Shown here piece by piece: positions 28,528 to 42,000 of a DNA stretch of 64,000 nt; the stretch's first letter is position 1, and each line of letters begins with the position of its first letter. A program made the position numbers and the translations under genes. The DNA is from Lytechinus pictus (lineage: Eukaryota), in contig NC_087249.1 in the NCBI RefSeq assembly GCF_037042905.1, positions 28,644,001-28,708,000 on the forward strand, in the 5' to 3' direction. The notes beneath the pieces were generated by a model. The model searched no databases. It saw only the letters and a program-made list of their open reading frames with translations, and was not told where the DNA came from.

Positions 28528-28752
28528 ATGATGATGACGGTGGTGGTGGAGGTAATTATAATCACAAAATAGGTATGATGCAGAATGATATATCATTGAG
28601 TGATGATGATATTGATATCAATGTATGATGAAGATAACTATAAAGATGATTTAAACGGTGATGATAATGACGCTGCTGATTGTAATAGTGGCAATTGTGT
28701 AGGTGACAATGATTCTGAAATTGATGATGGAGATGAGATGAAAATGATGATA
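28528..28752. repeat. Degenerate (GAT)n low-complexity tract
   Basis: gatgatgac/gatgat runs; source of D-rich ORF 28600..28821. Confidence 0.75.
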
Positions 28753-30669
28753 GGCCTGACTATGACAGGATCACTTAAGGAAAATTCAGAATTATCAGTA
28801 CAAAAAATATTCAAAGAATGATCCGCAACCAGGTAGTCTCCTCATATGGAATGATCGATCAAACCATTGAAAACAGATTCTTCTCTTTAGATTTTTGGAG
28901 CTGGCCTGCTTCTTAGCAGCATGCATGGTTTGAGGACTATACCCTCACATAATATACAGAGTACGGGACAAACAGTGGCGTCATATTGGTGCAGCGCTTG
29001 AGGGGGTTTATCGCATCTTAATGATTACCCCATTCTTTGAGTGCATAGACGTAGGTGTGAATTATTAGTGCTCCTAATGGCCCCCGCCATTAATGCATTT
29101 CCCCACAGGTGATGTTAACGACGGGCATACTCTCTACATTTGCATACAAGTGTGATGCAACACATGACCATATCATGCAGGCATTGTTGCCAAACGGATA
29201 TTCATAAAGGCCGAGATGTTCTGAAAAACAACCCTTTCATAATTGTAGAACTCTGCAGCTGGATGAAGAAATATGTAGTGTAATCATATAATGAAAACAT
29301 GCATGAACAGTGAAACCATTATATAAATCCAATGCAAAAGGCAAATATTGGTGCATATTTGGTTTGAGTTGCCTCTGTCAGCAACAATGGTGTTATATGA
29401 GACAAGTGGGCAGGGGTTTGGGACTTTCTAGAACTTTCCAGAATAATAAAAATAGAGGGAGTGTTTTTGATAATACAAAATGGGCCTTTATTTTATTCAT
29501 GTATGCCTTGTCCAAAGTAAGTTCCTGTAGCACTTGCCTTATATGTAAATTTCTTGAACTTTGCTATACTGTATGTAACCCTGAGACCAGTACCCAATAA
29601 TTTGGAGTATTTTATTTCTGGGATAGCCATAACTTATAAAATAAGTACTTTGATTTCACACTGGCAAAAGACGCTAATATGTTTAAAAATGATCAAGCTA
29701 GTGCAAACACTCCTTTACGAAAGTGTGCAGCAACCTCCATTTAAAGCGAATAACACACCAATTTGAACGATATTTCTCTGGATCCATTCCCATGTTACCA
29801 TTCGAGATTTCTTATTTTTCTAGAATTCATTTCCATGTTACCATTCAAGAATGAACTGCATGGGTTCTGGTGGGTGCATCCGTAATACATTCCTAATCTG
29901 TTTATGACGATAATATAGCGTTGTGGAATGAGCTTAAGCCCTATCATTATAAGGACTACTGAGGGAAATTCCCAATGAGATACAAAAAAACAAATACTGA
30001 TGTGCATGCATGCTCGTCTTTCAGATTAATCCAGGGATAAATGCTACTGTTGTAAGGTACAAATGAATAATTCAATCCAAATTTCATATACAATCCACAA
30101 GCAACCGCAACATAATGAATTTTACAAGGTAGGATTATGTGCATGTACTTGGTAAATAAGATGGAAATTAGGGTTCTATACTAGTTCTATACTGATGATG
30201 TTGGGTATAGACCACAAAATAATCATTCCATAATTTTAGAAATGTATGCTGGATAGAGAAAAAATGCAACAATTCAGCAATTCTGCAAATAAAAAGAAAA
30301 TGAAATGATGAGGAAGTTCCAAGACCCTGAGCAACCTTTCCATGTCCTACAATCTAGACTCTAGTTTGTCTTAAACTCTGTATTGAGGATGTGGCTGTGA
30401 AATATGCCAAAGAAGCTGAAGGCACTGATTGTAAATCTAGGAATAGTCCATATTTTGCCAATGGCTTTCTGAGGATAAGTAAATATCCTGTGCCTATGAT
30501 AGTAACTAAAAGAACACCTACTTCCAATATCCTACAGCTGGAATACATGGATATGTACATATTTTGATGCCTTATCCGCCTTTGATGTGAAGTAAAGTCA
30601 TGCATTTTTGAATAATTACAAGTCTATTCTTAACTCAGGCATCATGTAAAAAATACAATCTTTTTTAAG

Positions 30670-30965
30670 ATGATATACTGTCGTGTGTAAGATCAAGGTA
30701 TTGTCAGTACGTCTCAGCTGTAATCAAGCTACTAATGGGAGTTATGATGATGAAAAGTCATATTTGCCGAGGGTAGCTTCTCACAAAAAGCTTATCTTCC
30801 AATGGGGCCTGCATAATATGCTATTGTTCCCCTTAGCATACCAAGAGGCAAGCGATTGGTAAAATGGCAGAAGGTTCTATTTTTTAAAGTTTTTTTTAAA
30901 ACTCTGCCAAGACGAACCCACAACCACCCATTCCTGAAGCAGCCACTATACCACTGAGCCAACAT
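30670..30965 (-). mobile_element. Degenerate tRNA-derived SINE
   Basis: Minus strand begins ttggctcagtggtatagtggctg...gtgggttcgtc (A- and B-box-like). Confidence 0.5.
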
Positions 30966-31029
30966 ACTTGGTATGAATTGATTCAGTTGAGGACGAGGTT
31001 CAAAACATCATGTCTTTCAGTGATAACAT

Positions 31030-31292
31030 CACTGGCGTATAGATGGGGGGGGGGCTTGGGGGCATGAACCCCCCAAAATTTTCAAGACCAAGGAAAAAAG
31101 AGCAAAAGCAGGAGAGGGGAAAGGAATGGGGTGAAATATGACTCTTTTTCTGATAATCATGTCAAAATCTATCACAAAATTACATGTTTGTATCAAAAAG
31201 TTTTTAAAAATACTCTCTCGCAACTTTCTATAAATTTTGTCCCATACACTATGTCAGACCCCCTCAATTTTTGTTGGCTCATTACGCCACTG
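31030..31292. mobile_element. hAT-like MITE
   Basis: TIRs cactggcgta / tacgccactg; 8-bp flanks GATAACAT / GATAATAT. Confidence 0.75.
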
Positions 31293-33452
31293 GATAATAT
31301 CAAAGGTTATCCACTGGCATATCAAAGATACATACCAAATCACATAAAAATAAAAATACAAGAACACAAACATGATAAAAAGAATAGCAGAAAGAAAATG
31401 AGGGTCGGGTTATTATTAAATATGTAAAAAGAAAATGCATTCATAGTCATTGAAACATGAGAGGTGACTCAAATCAAATGCATGTAATTCAACTTTGCTT
31501 ATTCTTCTTTAAGTGCATCTGCAATTCATGGCAGAATTCTATTCTATCCTAAATGTAAATCAATCATAATTCATCAGAGATGGCTGTAAATCCCTTTTGG
31601 ACTTACATGTAATGCATGATGCTATCAATCACCATCAATTTTTCTTGAACTTTCTACATTCTATCGTCAAAAGAACAAGATTGAATGGATCAGACTAGAG
31701 AAACGCATTTTACGTCATAGTATTGATTTATCTACACATGAAATCATCCCCTGCAGCTATGCAGTTTTCTCGCTTTTATATTCTTTTTTTTTTTAAATCG
31801 AAAGCCTCATTATGTCTGATAAAATGTAACCTAATTAATATTCATTTAGCAATTAATTCCTCCTGCAAGATTGAAGATATCTAGATTTTTTTACGATATC
31901 AGTTTCCAATCAGAAGACACGAAAACTCATTCAAAAATGCATTTCATGGTAGAATTGATTCCGAGTCTGCATTCAGAGATTTCAAAGGTTTCTTAAGGAC
32001 ATTTTTTTTTCAAATCACAAAATGACAAGTGATTGAAATCTATGAATGCATTGCCTTGGTTTTTTTATTCAATTGAAAAATTGCAATTTCCAAAATTGGT
32101 ATTAACACTATCTTAATGGGCAAAATACTCTTTCAAAGTACATGAATAATGGATGATTAAAGACATGTCTTTCAAAGTGTCATTTTGCAATCCACATTAG
32201 CCTAATATGTAGATTAATGTGAAAAATAATAAAGGCCATATTTCAAGCACATCACTCTCATTCATTACCATCAGGCTTTAATAGTATACCCTCTCCCCTT
32301 TTTAATGCTCCTCAAAAAAATATAATACATGTACAAACAAAACAAATATTCAGGCTACTCAATATAGCAAATTGAAACTGCCTGGATATTTTCTCGCAAT
32401 TACAAATGTAGGCAAATGAATTCAGCAATATCAAACAAGATGGAAATAAATGATCGGATAAAATTGCAATATTGTTAAATGGTTAAAGGCTCATGAACAT
32501 TGAAATGATCTACTTTTTTTAAGTTGATTTGGACAACAATTAGTGCCATATTGGAAGACACTTGAGCACAATAGTACCATTTCTTGTCCATTCCCATCTC
32601 TCCCTCTGTCTATCTCTCTCTCTATCTCTCTTTCTCTAACTCTGATTCTTCTTTATACTTCCTTTGATCATCAAATCCATTGGCTGGAGGACATGGAGGC
32701 AATGCATCAAAAGAGCAAAATATCGCTTTAACAATACAAAATTATGTTTATATCATTTATATATGTCAACATATTTCAATGAACTTGTCTTGCTCTTTCA
32801 AAATGTCAATAAATCTGTTTTCATAAATTGGCTTGAATGGCCTCTACTTTATAATATACCCACACTTCCGAGGCCCAGGACCATTTGTGTGTTGCAAAAA
32901 AAAAATCATCAACATCCCTCAAAGCTTCTAGGAAATAGCTTCCCAGGTAACTGACAGTAGAACTTAGTGAACTAATTTCTCCTCAGGAATGCAAATAACA
33001 CAATTGAAACCGCCCCCAGGAATCTGGAATTTCATAGAAAAGGGAATCGTATTTTACTGTGATGCTGATGAAATATGGAAATATAGATTCTCCTGGTAAA
33101 ACTTAATTCAAGACAACAAGCCAATTATGACAGAAATCAAATTGAGTTTTCTCGCTACAATGCTATACATGTACATGTACATACACATACACCAGTGCAA
33201 TTATATTATGCACTGAAGAGGTTGATTAAAGTTCAATAGAAAATAATTCCCATATTTCCATACATGCAAGAGTAGGATTGGTGAAACTTGACTGTCATTG
33301 ATTTTTTTTATGTAACCAAGTCAGTTGAGTTCCATTATCAAAAATCAGAAATTAGGGGTTGAACTTGAAGATTTGAGAGTAGTGCTGTTATCGATAACCT
33401 CTTTATCATTAGTCTTGTTGATAATCGCATGTTTTTTGCCACTGAGCATTCT

Positions 33453-34181
33453 CAGAGACTCCAACCCCAAGAACCATCTGATCTGGAGATTCTCCCGCCT
33501 GGATCCCCTAGCAAACTAGAGACTCCAACTTGAGTGCGCAAAGCGCACATCACGAGCGCGAAGTACCTTGCGGCCGGGGTACAGGTCTCGCTAAAAGGAC
33601 CCAGGAAGCTCTAGGGTTCTAGATGCTCTCTCATGCTATCTCAGGCTAATTTTTTAATAATTGATGGTACCAGTGGCGTAATGAGCAAAAAATCTTGAGG
33701 GGGCTAGATATATGGCGTATCGCGTACAATTAATAAATAGTTGCGAGCGTACGAAGCGAACAAACAAAAATTTTGACATTTTTATTTTTTTTGGGGGGAG
33801 TGTACGTCTTAGGATTGTACTAAGTAATTAACAATTTAATGAATCAAATCATACACGAAGGCCATAGGAGGGCCAAAGGAGGGATGATGCTAGCTAGCTA
33901 GCTCGCGCCCACTAAATTTATGAGCATGAGATCGCATGGAGCGTTGACGCTCTACTTAAGTTTTAACTTGAATATCGGCTTAGATATGAAAATTTGAGTT
34001 AGTTTTAAAAGGTGTTTGGGCGGGAGAAAGATAATTTTAAGCAGGAGATAACACATCTTAAGCGGGAAACACAGGGCCTGGGCGGGAGATATTAAATCTC
34101 GAGCGGGAGAACGGGGTATTTTACGAAAATGGGCTTTAAGCTGGAGATCTCCCGCCGAAAGCGGGAGAGTTGGAGTCTCTG
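33453..34181. mobile_element. hAT-like non-autonomous element
   Basis: TIRs cagagactccaac / gttggagtctctg; repeated subterminal gcgggaga; flanks gcattctc / gctttctc (TSD 6 or 8 bp depending on end definition). Confidence 0.7.
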
Positions 34182-36012
34182 CTTTCTCTCGTTGTAGATA
34201 ATACCCACTATTATGTAGGGACATGACAGTTTGATGCATTCTGTGTATCTACACTGTATCTGATACTTTGATTTCTGAATACCTGTATCTAGAGCTCAAA
34301 TTCAATAATTCAGTAGCAATACGCCACATTATGCAAATTATTATATTGATTTCTGAATTTTCAAATGGGCCTTTTTTTAATCATAGATGCAGGTCTCATT
34401 AATCCTGTGAATTGTATGCTGTGTGTACATGATTTTTTCAATGCTATTCTCTGTATGCTATCTATGTTAATGGGCTAAAATTGCTACACTGATTTTTAAA
34501 TGTTTTTGTCACTGAAAACTATGACCATCTAACCATTTACCTCAATTTAAAACAGACAGTAAATGTTTACACAAATCATTATTAAAAACAGTGCTTTATA
34601 TCATACACAGTGATATAACACACAAGTGGCATGTGTGTCAGTAGTTTGTGTATGGACCGTTAGCTGCACACCATAACGTGGAAAACACTAAAACCTATAA
34701 TATATATTCAATTTCTACAGCGCTTGATGTGCTTGGGACAAGCACCAAAGTGATGTCTCTGTGTGCATAGTTGTATGCCAATATCCCAGGTATCAAAGAT
34801 AATTAAATAATGATGAGGACATTCTGTCAATTTGAGCCCACTGACCGACATCTACCCATGCATGTAGCTTTGACTAAATATGGCTTATTGGTTTGCTATC
34901 CTTTGACTTCATCTTGATAGGTGGATAAACATCCCCAAAATAAAAGATTGACTCATTCTTTTCCACAATGGTAATCATCACAATGCATTTTAAACCTGAC
35001 CATTATTGCCCCTTCCCCTTCTATCACCCTACCCCTTAGATGTATACTTGCTCTTGCTAGATTTTCTGCTGTCTCTATTTTCAAATTCTTTCGACACATA
35101 CCTGTTGGCAATAATAATGTCAGTATTTTAAAAACAATCTAACACATACATATATTGGTCTAAGTTATAGAATCTAGGAAATATATAGTGGTACAAGTTC
35201 CTGCTTGCATGCTACAAAACAAAATGACACATGGCATTCAGTAATGCAGTGTGCACGTGGGATTTTGCAGTAACCACAGCAGATGGTCGAGCTTTAAATA
35301 CATTCAATTAAACAAAGTCTTTGTCTTACTAACTTCAGAACAAAAGACATTGCAGTTGACATGTTGCCATAGAATAGTAACAGAGAATCACTTGTAAAAA
35401 AGAAAATACATTATTTATTGAAAAGTGTCCGTGATAATCAAAACATGAAAATAAAGTAACAATATTTCACAAACTTTCCTACTTTTGGAAAGAGATGACG
35501 GTTTGCGATTTCATTTGAAGGAATGATGCAGTTGGGGTTTGAAATTGAAATGTTCAATTTATATTCTATAAATGTTTAGCAAATCACCATGAAGACATGT
35601 AACTAGATAAGATTGACGTCTTTGGGTACATTTACACTTGATAAATATTGACTTTGTTCCTTATATCCATGTAATCTATAGTATGATGTGTGCATGGCTC
35701 CCACAGCTTCTGTTGTTATTCTCAGAATTGCAAAGCCATACACATGTTCTTCTTTACATGATGGGTGAAGACTAAACAAAGACTGGTAAACGGAGAATGG
35801 TAATTTGATACAACATGATGTTGCAGCCTTCTGTCTGTAAATGCTTCTTAAAAGGATCCAGCTAATGTAATAGTGGAAATTATATACTGATTCACTTGTA
35901 GACCTACATGTACATTCTAAAGTGACTGTGAAGAGATTTTAAAACCTCGCTTTAATAAATTTTGGTAATTTCTCCCAAAGTGTTGCTTACGTTTTTTTTT
36001 TATCAATCCAAC

Positions 36013-36240
36013 ATGGTGGCTCCGTGGGAGAGCGTCATGAATGGGAGGTCATGGGCTCGATCCTCGGCCCAGTCATACCAAGGACTATTAAAAATGGGAC
36101 CTTCTACCTACTAGCTTTTCACTCGGCATTTAGATTGGAAAAGGGTCATGACATTCAATGTTATGTACGGCCCGCTGGTAGAGCAGTTTCGGAACTGGAG
36201 TGGGTATCCTGGGTAACATTAATTATTATTATTTTATTTT
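36013..36240 (+). mobile_element. Degenerate tRNA-derived SINE (second family)
   Basis: tggctccgtgggagagc (A-box-like), gggctcgatcct (B-box-like), attattatt tail. Confidence 0.55.
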
Positions 36241-39200
36241 CACCATTTTACCCCTCTGATAGGGCAAACAAAAATTTTTAGGGCTAGTTGCTTCCATTCT
36301 CTGTACATCAATCAATGTCCTCCTGGCTCTCACTCACTAATTTTCTCATATTATAAAAACATAAGTCTGTCTGCTGGTAGTTGATTTTCAAACATGGTTT
36401 TGTTATACCCAGCTCTGATCAATACAATATGATTATTACCACAGTCTGGCATCCCATTTCTGAACACGCTGCACTACTGCTGCACTACCTCTGCCCAAGG
36501 TCGCAATGGAGGAGTCGATATCAGGACACAGGAGTTAATGAGAAGATTGTGATGTTAGTTCTCCATCGCATCATCTACAAGCTAGAGTATAAGCACAGAT
36601 TCGATTGTGTGACTTTTTAACCTGTACTTAATCAAGTCAAGGCTAACTGTTCTTCATCTCACATGTTTTTGTCCGCATACAATGTATACTTATATACGAT
36701 ACAGAGCTCACAAAATATGGAAATATTTTCACTTTGTTTCCTTTACTCATCAGGCTTGAACTTCCATTTTTTTTTCTTTCTTTTCACATTTCTTTTAAGA
36801 CAACCTCTTGGTATGGGACTTTTGTTTTTTAATGCAATTCTACTCACAAATTTTTTGAGAAAACACTAAGTGCACAGCACATGTGCAACGGCCATGGTAC
36901 AATAGTGGGGGCTGCCCATGCAAAAAATTACAATCAGATGGTAATTTTTACGTTTTTGTACATGGTTTAGGAAAAAAGAAAAATGGGCGGCTGAAGCCCC
37001 CCCCCCCCCCCCAGCGCCCCAGTTCCACGGCCCCAACCACTTTCTCACTCTCTCTCCTTCTTTTGTTCTTAAAAACTTTTATGTGGGCCTTGAGGGAGAC
37101 AGTTTGCCTCTTTCCCCCATACTAGTGAACATAATTACGTTCATCTGATGAGCGGATCACATTAATTACACTGTTTGTTACCAACAATGCACCATATAAT
37201 CAAGAACTCATTAATTGATTTGATGCTGCCTTTAGCTATAGTGCTTGACCATTCGAAATGGGTAAAGTACATGGGAGCTGCACTTACAAAATCACAATCA
37301 CATTTTTTAATTCAAAATTTGAAATAATGGTTTAGGGTTTCCTAGACAAGATTGACACAAATGTCATTTTGTTCTGCATTGAAATGTTTTCTTAACATTT
37401 TCTGCAATTTTAATAGGATCATGATGGTGGTGAAAATGTCCACTCTCTCTTTATCTTTCTCCAGGCAAAAAATTATTCTTAATTTTTTGGGCTACTGTTG
37501 ACAACCAGCTGCCTAAATCTGCAACATTGAATAAGCTTTAAAAATGCAGTAAATGGGAATTTGTGGGGCTCTTTCGGGGGCAAAATCGCCTTGCACCCCC
37601 ATCTAATTTTCCCGTCTCTCTTCTCTGGACCTTATGTCTCCCCCCCCCCCCACCCGATCTCAAACGTGGAGAAAACTACATGAACGGTACTTTGTTATTC
37701 TGGATTTAGAAGCATATAATTTCATGAAGAAATTCTGTTTTCTATCAATTAGTTTGAAGCACAGCAAATGTAATATGAAATACCTGAACTGGAAGCTGAG
37801 GGGAAATAAATTTACCAATTAATAATTTGCATTGATTTCTCCTGGAAAAGCCATAACTATTCAAGAAAATACAGGGAATAATTTTGCTTTACAAATTTGA
37901 ATAGCATTTTTGGTCATAAGAGAAATGCTCTCAACTAAGTAATGTACAGTTCTATGTAAAAATATGCTATACAAAAGACTTTATGCATAGCCGTCTTTCA
38001 AAAATGTGGAGTAATTTGCGATGCGATACCAGGAAAATTATTCCCTGAAATATAATAAAATACAATTGGTAAATAATGAAAATAGTCAGATTTACCACAT
38101 CTCTATGGATTGAAACATTTCTTCCTTTAAAATGAGGGGGTATACATGTACCTTGTTGTGTCCCCCTGCAAAACTGCATTCCAACAAACATGGGGGGTAG
38201 TCAGCTCCAATTATGACATTGTACTGATGAAGTCACATTTTTTTTCCACTGGCATGTTCAGAAGAAAATTTACAGTACTTTCCAATTGATTTTCTAAATG
38301 ATGTACCCTTTTTACTGATCTTGAGCAAAAAATATTTGAAAAAATCCAGTATGAACAGTTAAAATGAAGATGCAATATACCTCCCATCCCCCCCCCCCAA
38401 AAAAAAAAAAATCAACATAAGATGTAGGCCTAAACATTTTCTGCTATAGAACAATTTGTTTTCCTTACAGTAGGGGCAGTAGCATAATTAATGAAATTGA
38501 GAGTGCCAGACATGGCATGGCATAGTGGGCAAAATTTATAAAAAGCTGTGAGCGAGAGAAGCAAGCAGCAGATACACGTATTTGACCTTTTCAATTTTGT
38601 GACAAATTTTGACACATTCAGAAAACAAGTGGAACGCCTCTGGCAGTCTCGCCTGCATTACGCCATTCTATATACAGTACATGTAGCAGCAGTGCTGACT
38701 TTGAAAAACAACTATTGAATAGTTATTTACAAAAAAAAAACACAATTCATTTGATAATAAAATACTATGTTCATTGACCCCAAATGACCTAATGACCTTT
38801 GACCTTGGTCATGTGACCTGAAACTCACAAAGGATGTTCAGTGATACTTCATTACTCTTTAATACATGTATGTCTAAATTTCATTAACCAGATCCATAAA
38901 CTTTCAAAGTCATGATGAAAATCAACAAATACCCCCAACATGTCCAAAGTACATTGACCCTAAATGACCTTTGACCTTAGTCATGTGACCTGAAACTCAG
39001 ACAGGATGTTCAGTAATACGTGATCAACCTTATGTTCAAGTTTCATGAACTACATGTAGGCCCATATACTTTCTAAGTTATGATGAAATTTCAAAAACTG
39101 AACCTTCGATTAAGATTTTGATTTCCCCAACATAGTCAATGTTTATTGACCCTAAATGACCTTTGACCTTGGTCATTTGGGATCAGGCTCTGGCAGGATG

Positions 39201-39499
39201 TTTAGTAATATTAGATAACCATTATGTCCAAGTTAAATGAACTAGGCCCATATACTTTCTAAGTTGTGATGACATTTCAAAAACTTAAAGGAAACCAAAA
39301 CCCATTAAGAGAAGCAATCCTATTGGAAAGAGTGAAATGAGAGGAACAATAAAAAAAAGAATATTTCCCATGACATATGTTGTGCTCAGAAGGAGGCCAG
39401 TCACAATTTGAAAGATAACTATATTTTAATTTGTCATACGGACGAATTAGGTGGTCTGTCGTATCTAGATAAACAAAAAAATATTTAAACAAATATTAG

Positions 39500-40226
39500 A
39501 TTGAAAGATAGATAGAGAAACAGACATACATATTCAAACAGATACATATAAGATAGATAATTATATATATAGATGGATGGATGGATGGATGGAGTGATGG
39601 ATGGAGAGATAAATGATAGTTGGTTATATTAATAAAACATAGATAGACAGACAGATATATAGATAGATAGATAAATAGAGAGAGAGATGAGACAGACAGA
39701 TAGATTGATATAGAAAGATAGACATATTCAAACAGATGGATATATATTAGATAAATAGATAGATAGATAGATACCTAGACAGACATACATATACATGTAG
39801 ATAGATAGNNNNNNNNNNNNNNNNNNNNNNNNNNNNNNNNNNNNNNNNNNNNNNNNNNNNNNNNNNNNNNNNNNNNNNNNNNNNNNNNNNNNNNNNNNNN
39901 NNNNNNNNNNNNNNNNNNNNNNNNNNNNNNNNNNNNNNNNNNNNNNNNNNNNNNNNNNNNNNNNNNNNNNNNNNNNNNNNNNNNNNNNNNNNNNNNNNNN
40001 NNNNNNNNNNNNNNNNNNNNNNNNNNNNNNNNNNNNNNNNNNNNNNNNNNNNNNNNNNNNNNNNNNNNNNNNNNNNNNNNNNNNNNNNNNNNNNNNNNNN
40101 NNNNNNNNNGATAGGTAGATAGACATATTTAAACAGATATATATATATTAGACAGAGAGAGAGAGAGAGATAGACAGATAGATATACAATGTAGGTAGAT
40201 AGACAGACAGACATGGATAGATAGAT

Positions 40227-40264
<38 letters not shown>

Positions 40265-40420
40265 TCAAACAGATATATATATATATATTAGACAGAGAGA
40301 TAGATAGATATGTCATGTAGGTAGATAGATAGACAGACAGATATATAGATAGAAAGATAGATAGATTTATAACATAGATAGCGGAAAGATAGACGGATAT
40401 GATTAGATATATATAATATG
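39500..40420. repeat. Compound (GATA/GACA/GGAT/GA/TA)n microsatellite spanning the assembly gap
   Basis: Direct inspection. Confidence 0.9.
39809..40109. other. Assembly gap (301 N)
   Basis: Run of N inside the microsatellite; true length unknown. Confidence 0.99.
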
Positions 40421-40520
40421 AAAAAGTAATCATAATCTGTTTATTTTGCAATATTTTAACTATTATTTATTAGAATTCTTATAATTGATCATGCGCAAGA
40501 TAGTAAAAAAAAAAAAATCA

Positions 40521-40600
40521 TGTTCACCCTCGGACTCGAACCCCTGCCCACATGATTGAATGAGATGCAAGTCTGACGCCTAACCGATTTAGCTAGAATA
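40521..40600 (-). pseudogene. tRNA-like sequence (A box, B box, oligo-T terminator), probably not a functional tRNA
   Basis: Minus strand TAGCTAAATCGGTTAGGCGTCAGACTTGCAT...GGGGTTCGAGTCC, followed by a 13-T run; acceptor and anticodon stems pair poorly. Confidence 0.55.
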
Positions 40601-41978
40601 TTTCCCATTTCCCATAGACACGTATGCAAAATACGAGAATCTCAAATCCAATTTTGCAAGTGAAATACGGGCATGATCCCGGCATCTGATCGGAAAATGA
40701 AGGCAACATTACCTAAAGCTTAGAATCTCAACTACAACATACTAAAAGCTAAGGGATAACTGACAAGAAAAATGGAGATATGGCTCACGAAATAAAGGAA
40801 TGTAGAATCTAGTTTTGAGAAAAAGTCATGTCTCATAGAGATTGCACGCAAAATGAGTAAAAATGACATGCCTTTATTATTTGCAATTTTTGAGGATGAT
40901 CAGTTTATTAAAATGAAAAATAAAGGCAATAATTCATCAGAAAGATTAAGACCTAAGCTACAACATATCCAAAATTGGGCGAAAATTGACCAAAATTCAC
41001 GGAGTTAGAGCCAAATTTGCATAATTATAATGACGTCATAACACGCAAAATTGACATTTTGACTTCCGAGTCTCTATGATGGATTCTATACTGTATACAT
41101 GACGAAAAATTCAGCAAAATTGATCCAGCCGATTTGGAGAAAACTTGGCGACAAACATACATGTAGGTGCGAAAAATGAATAAATAAAGAAAATTCTAAC
41201 GAAATTAAGAGGTGATCTGTCATAGACAGACCACCTAATGAGAAACATCTGAAAATTCATGTACAGATCAAGTGGAGAGTTGTCCACAAAATCAGCCATT
41301 TTGAAAGCATGTTTGCCAATTTGAGGATCCCCATAGAAAGTACAAAATGACTTTTAAACGTCCATAACTTGCTTATTTCACAACCGATTTGGGGGAAACT
41401 TTTTTTGAATAGTTCCTCACATTTTACTCTTTCCAATAAGATTGCTTCTCATCTTGGATTTGGTTTCCTGTAACCTTCAGTTAAGATTAGATGTTGACAA
41501 CGCCGCTGCAACCGCCGTTGGAAAAGCGGCACCTATAGTCTCTGAATAATACCATTTCCACCCTTTTCTCTTCACTTTTTTTCCTCAACTTTTTTATTAG
41601 TGATGAAAATTGGGGGGGGGGGTCCATGGCCCCAAAAACTCCACTCCCACCCTCTGCTCTGGTAATACCACGTACAGTACAATGGGCGGAGGGGGGGGAG
41701 GGCTAAACTGTTGCTATACATTTTAGCTGACTAATGTGTGATATTATTGATGTAGACTGAATCAATTGATCTATATGCAGAACCGTAGCCAAATAGTGAG
41801 TCATCATGCATCTCACATCACTCATCATGATTGCACAATCTAGTTTAGTCAGTCATCCTATCATCACTGGCATCATTATTATCCATAATATTTAATATTG
41901 CTCACTTCTAGCCGTAGGATATTTAGTTTACCTTCTTTACAAACGTACTATTACTCGAAAATGATGAAATATACTCAC

Positions 41979-42000
41979 CGCATACACATAGCAGAGACAT
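41979..42000 (-). CDS. unc13: unc-13/Munc13 coding exon 1 (22 nt, MSLLCVC + G)
   Basis: GCAGCC ATG TCT CTG CTA TGT GTA TGC G|gtgagt; good Kozak context; in-frame TAA at 42016-42018 upstream; MSLLCV is the recalled Munc13 C2A N-terminus. Confidence 0.88.

Larger units (their letters stand above)
39428..41240 (-). mobile_element. HINE-like family B element carrying a (GATA)n array and a tRNA-like segment
   Basis: Inverted repeats attaggtggtctgtc (39446-39460) / gacagaccacctaat (41225-41239); terminal stem-loop aggtgatctgtcatagacagaccacct. Confidence 0.65.
39289..41469. mobile_element. Kolobok-like MITE inserted at TTAA
   Basis: ~60-bp imperfect TIRs aggaaaccaaaaccc...gagaagcaatc.tattggaaagagt / actctttccaataagattgcttctc...ggatttggtttcct; flanks TTAA / GTAA. 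Confidence 0.75.
38624..41542 (-). mobile_element. HINE family A copy 2, split by nested insertions
   Basis: Same left end and tandem units as 4941-5880; interrupted at aaaacTTAA (39285-39288) and resumes at 41474 with ccttcagttaagatt...ggaaaagcggcacctatagtctc. Confidence 0.8.

Noticed and set aside
39728-40451. 132-aa and 234-aa ORFs
   Set aside because: Artefacts of the GATA repeat and the N gap.
40521-40600. Functional tRNA-Ala(TGC) gene
   Set aside because: Acceptor and anticodon stems do not pair properly, and it lies inside a transposon.
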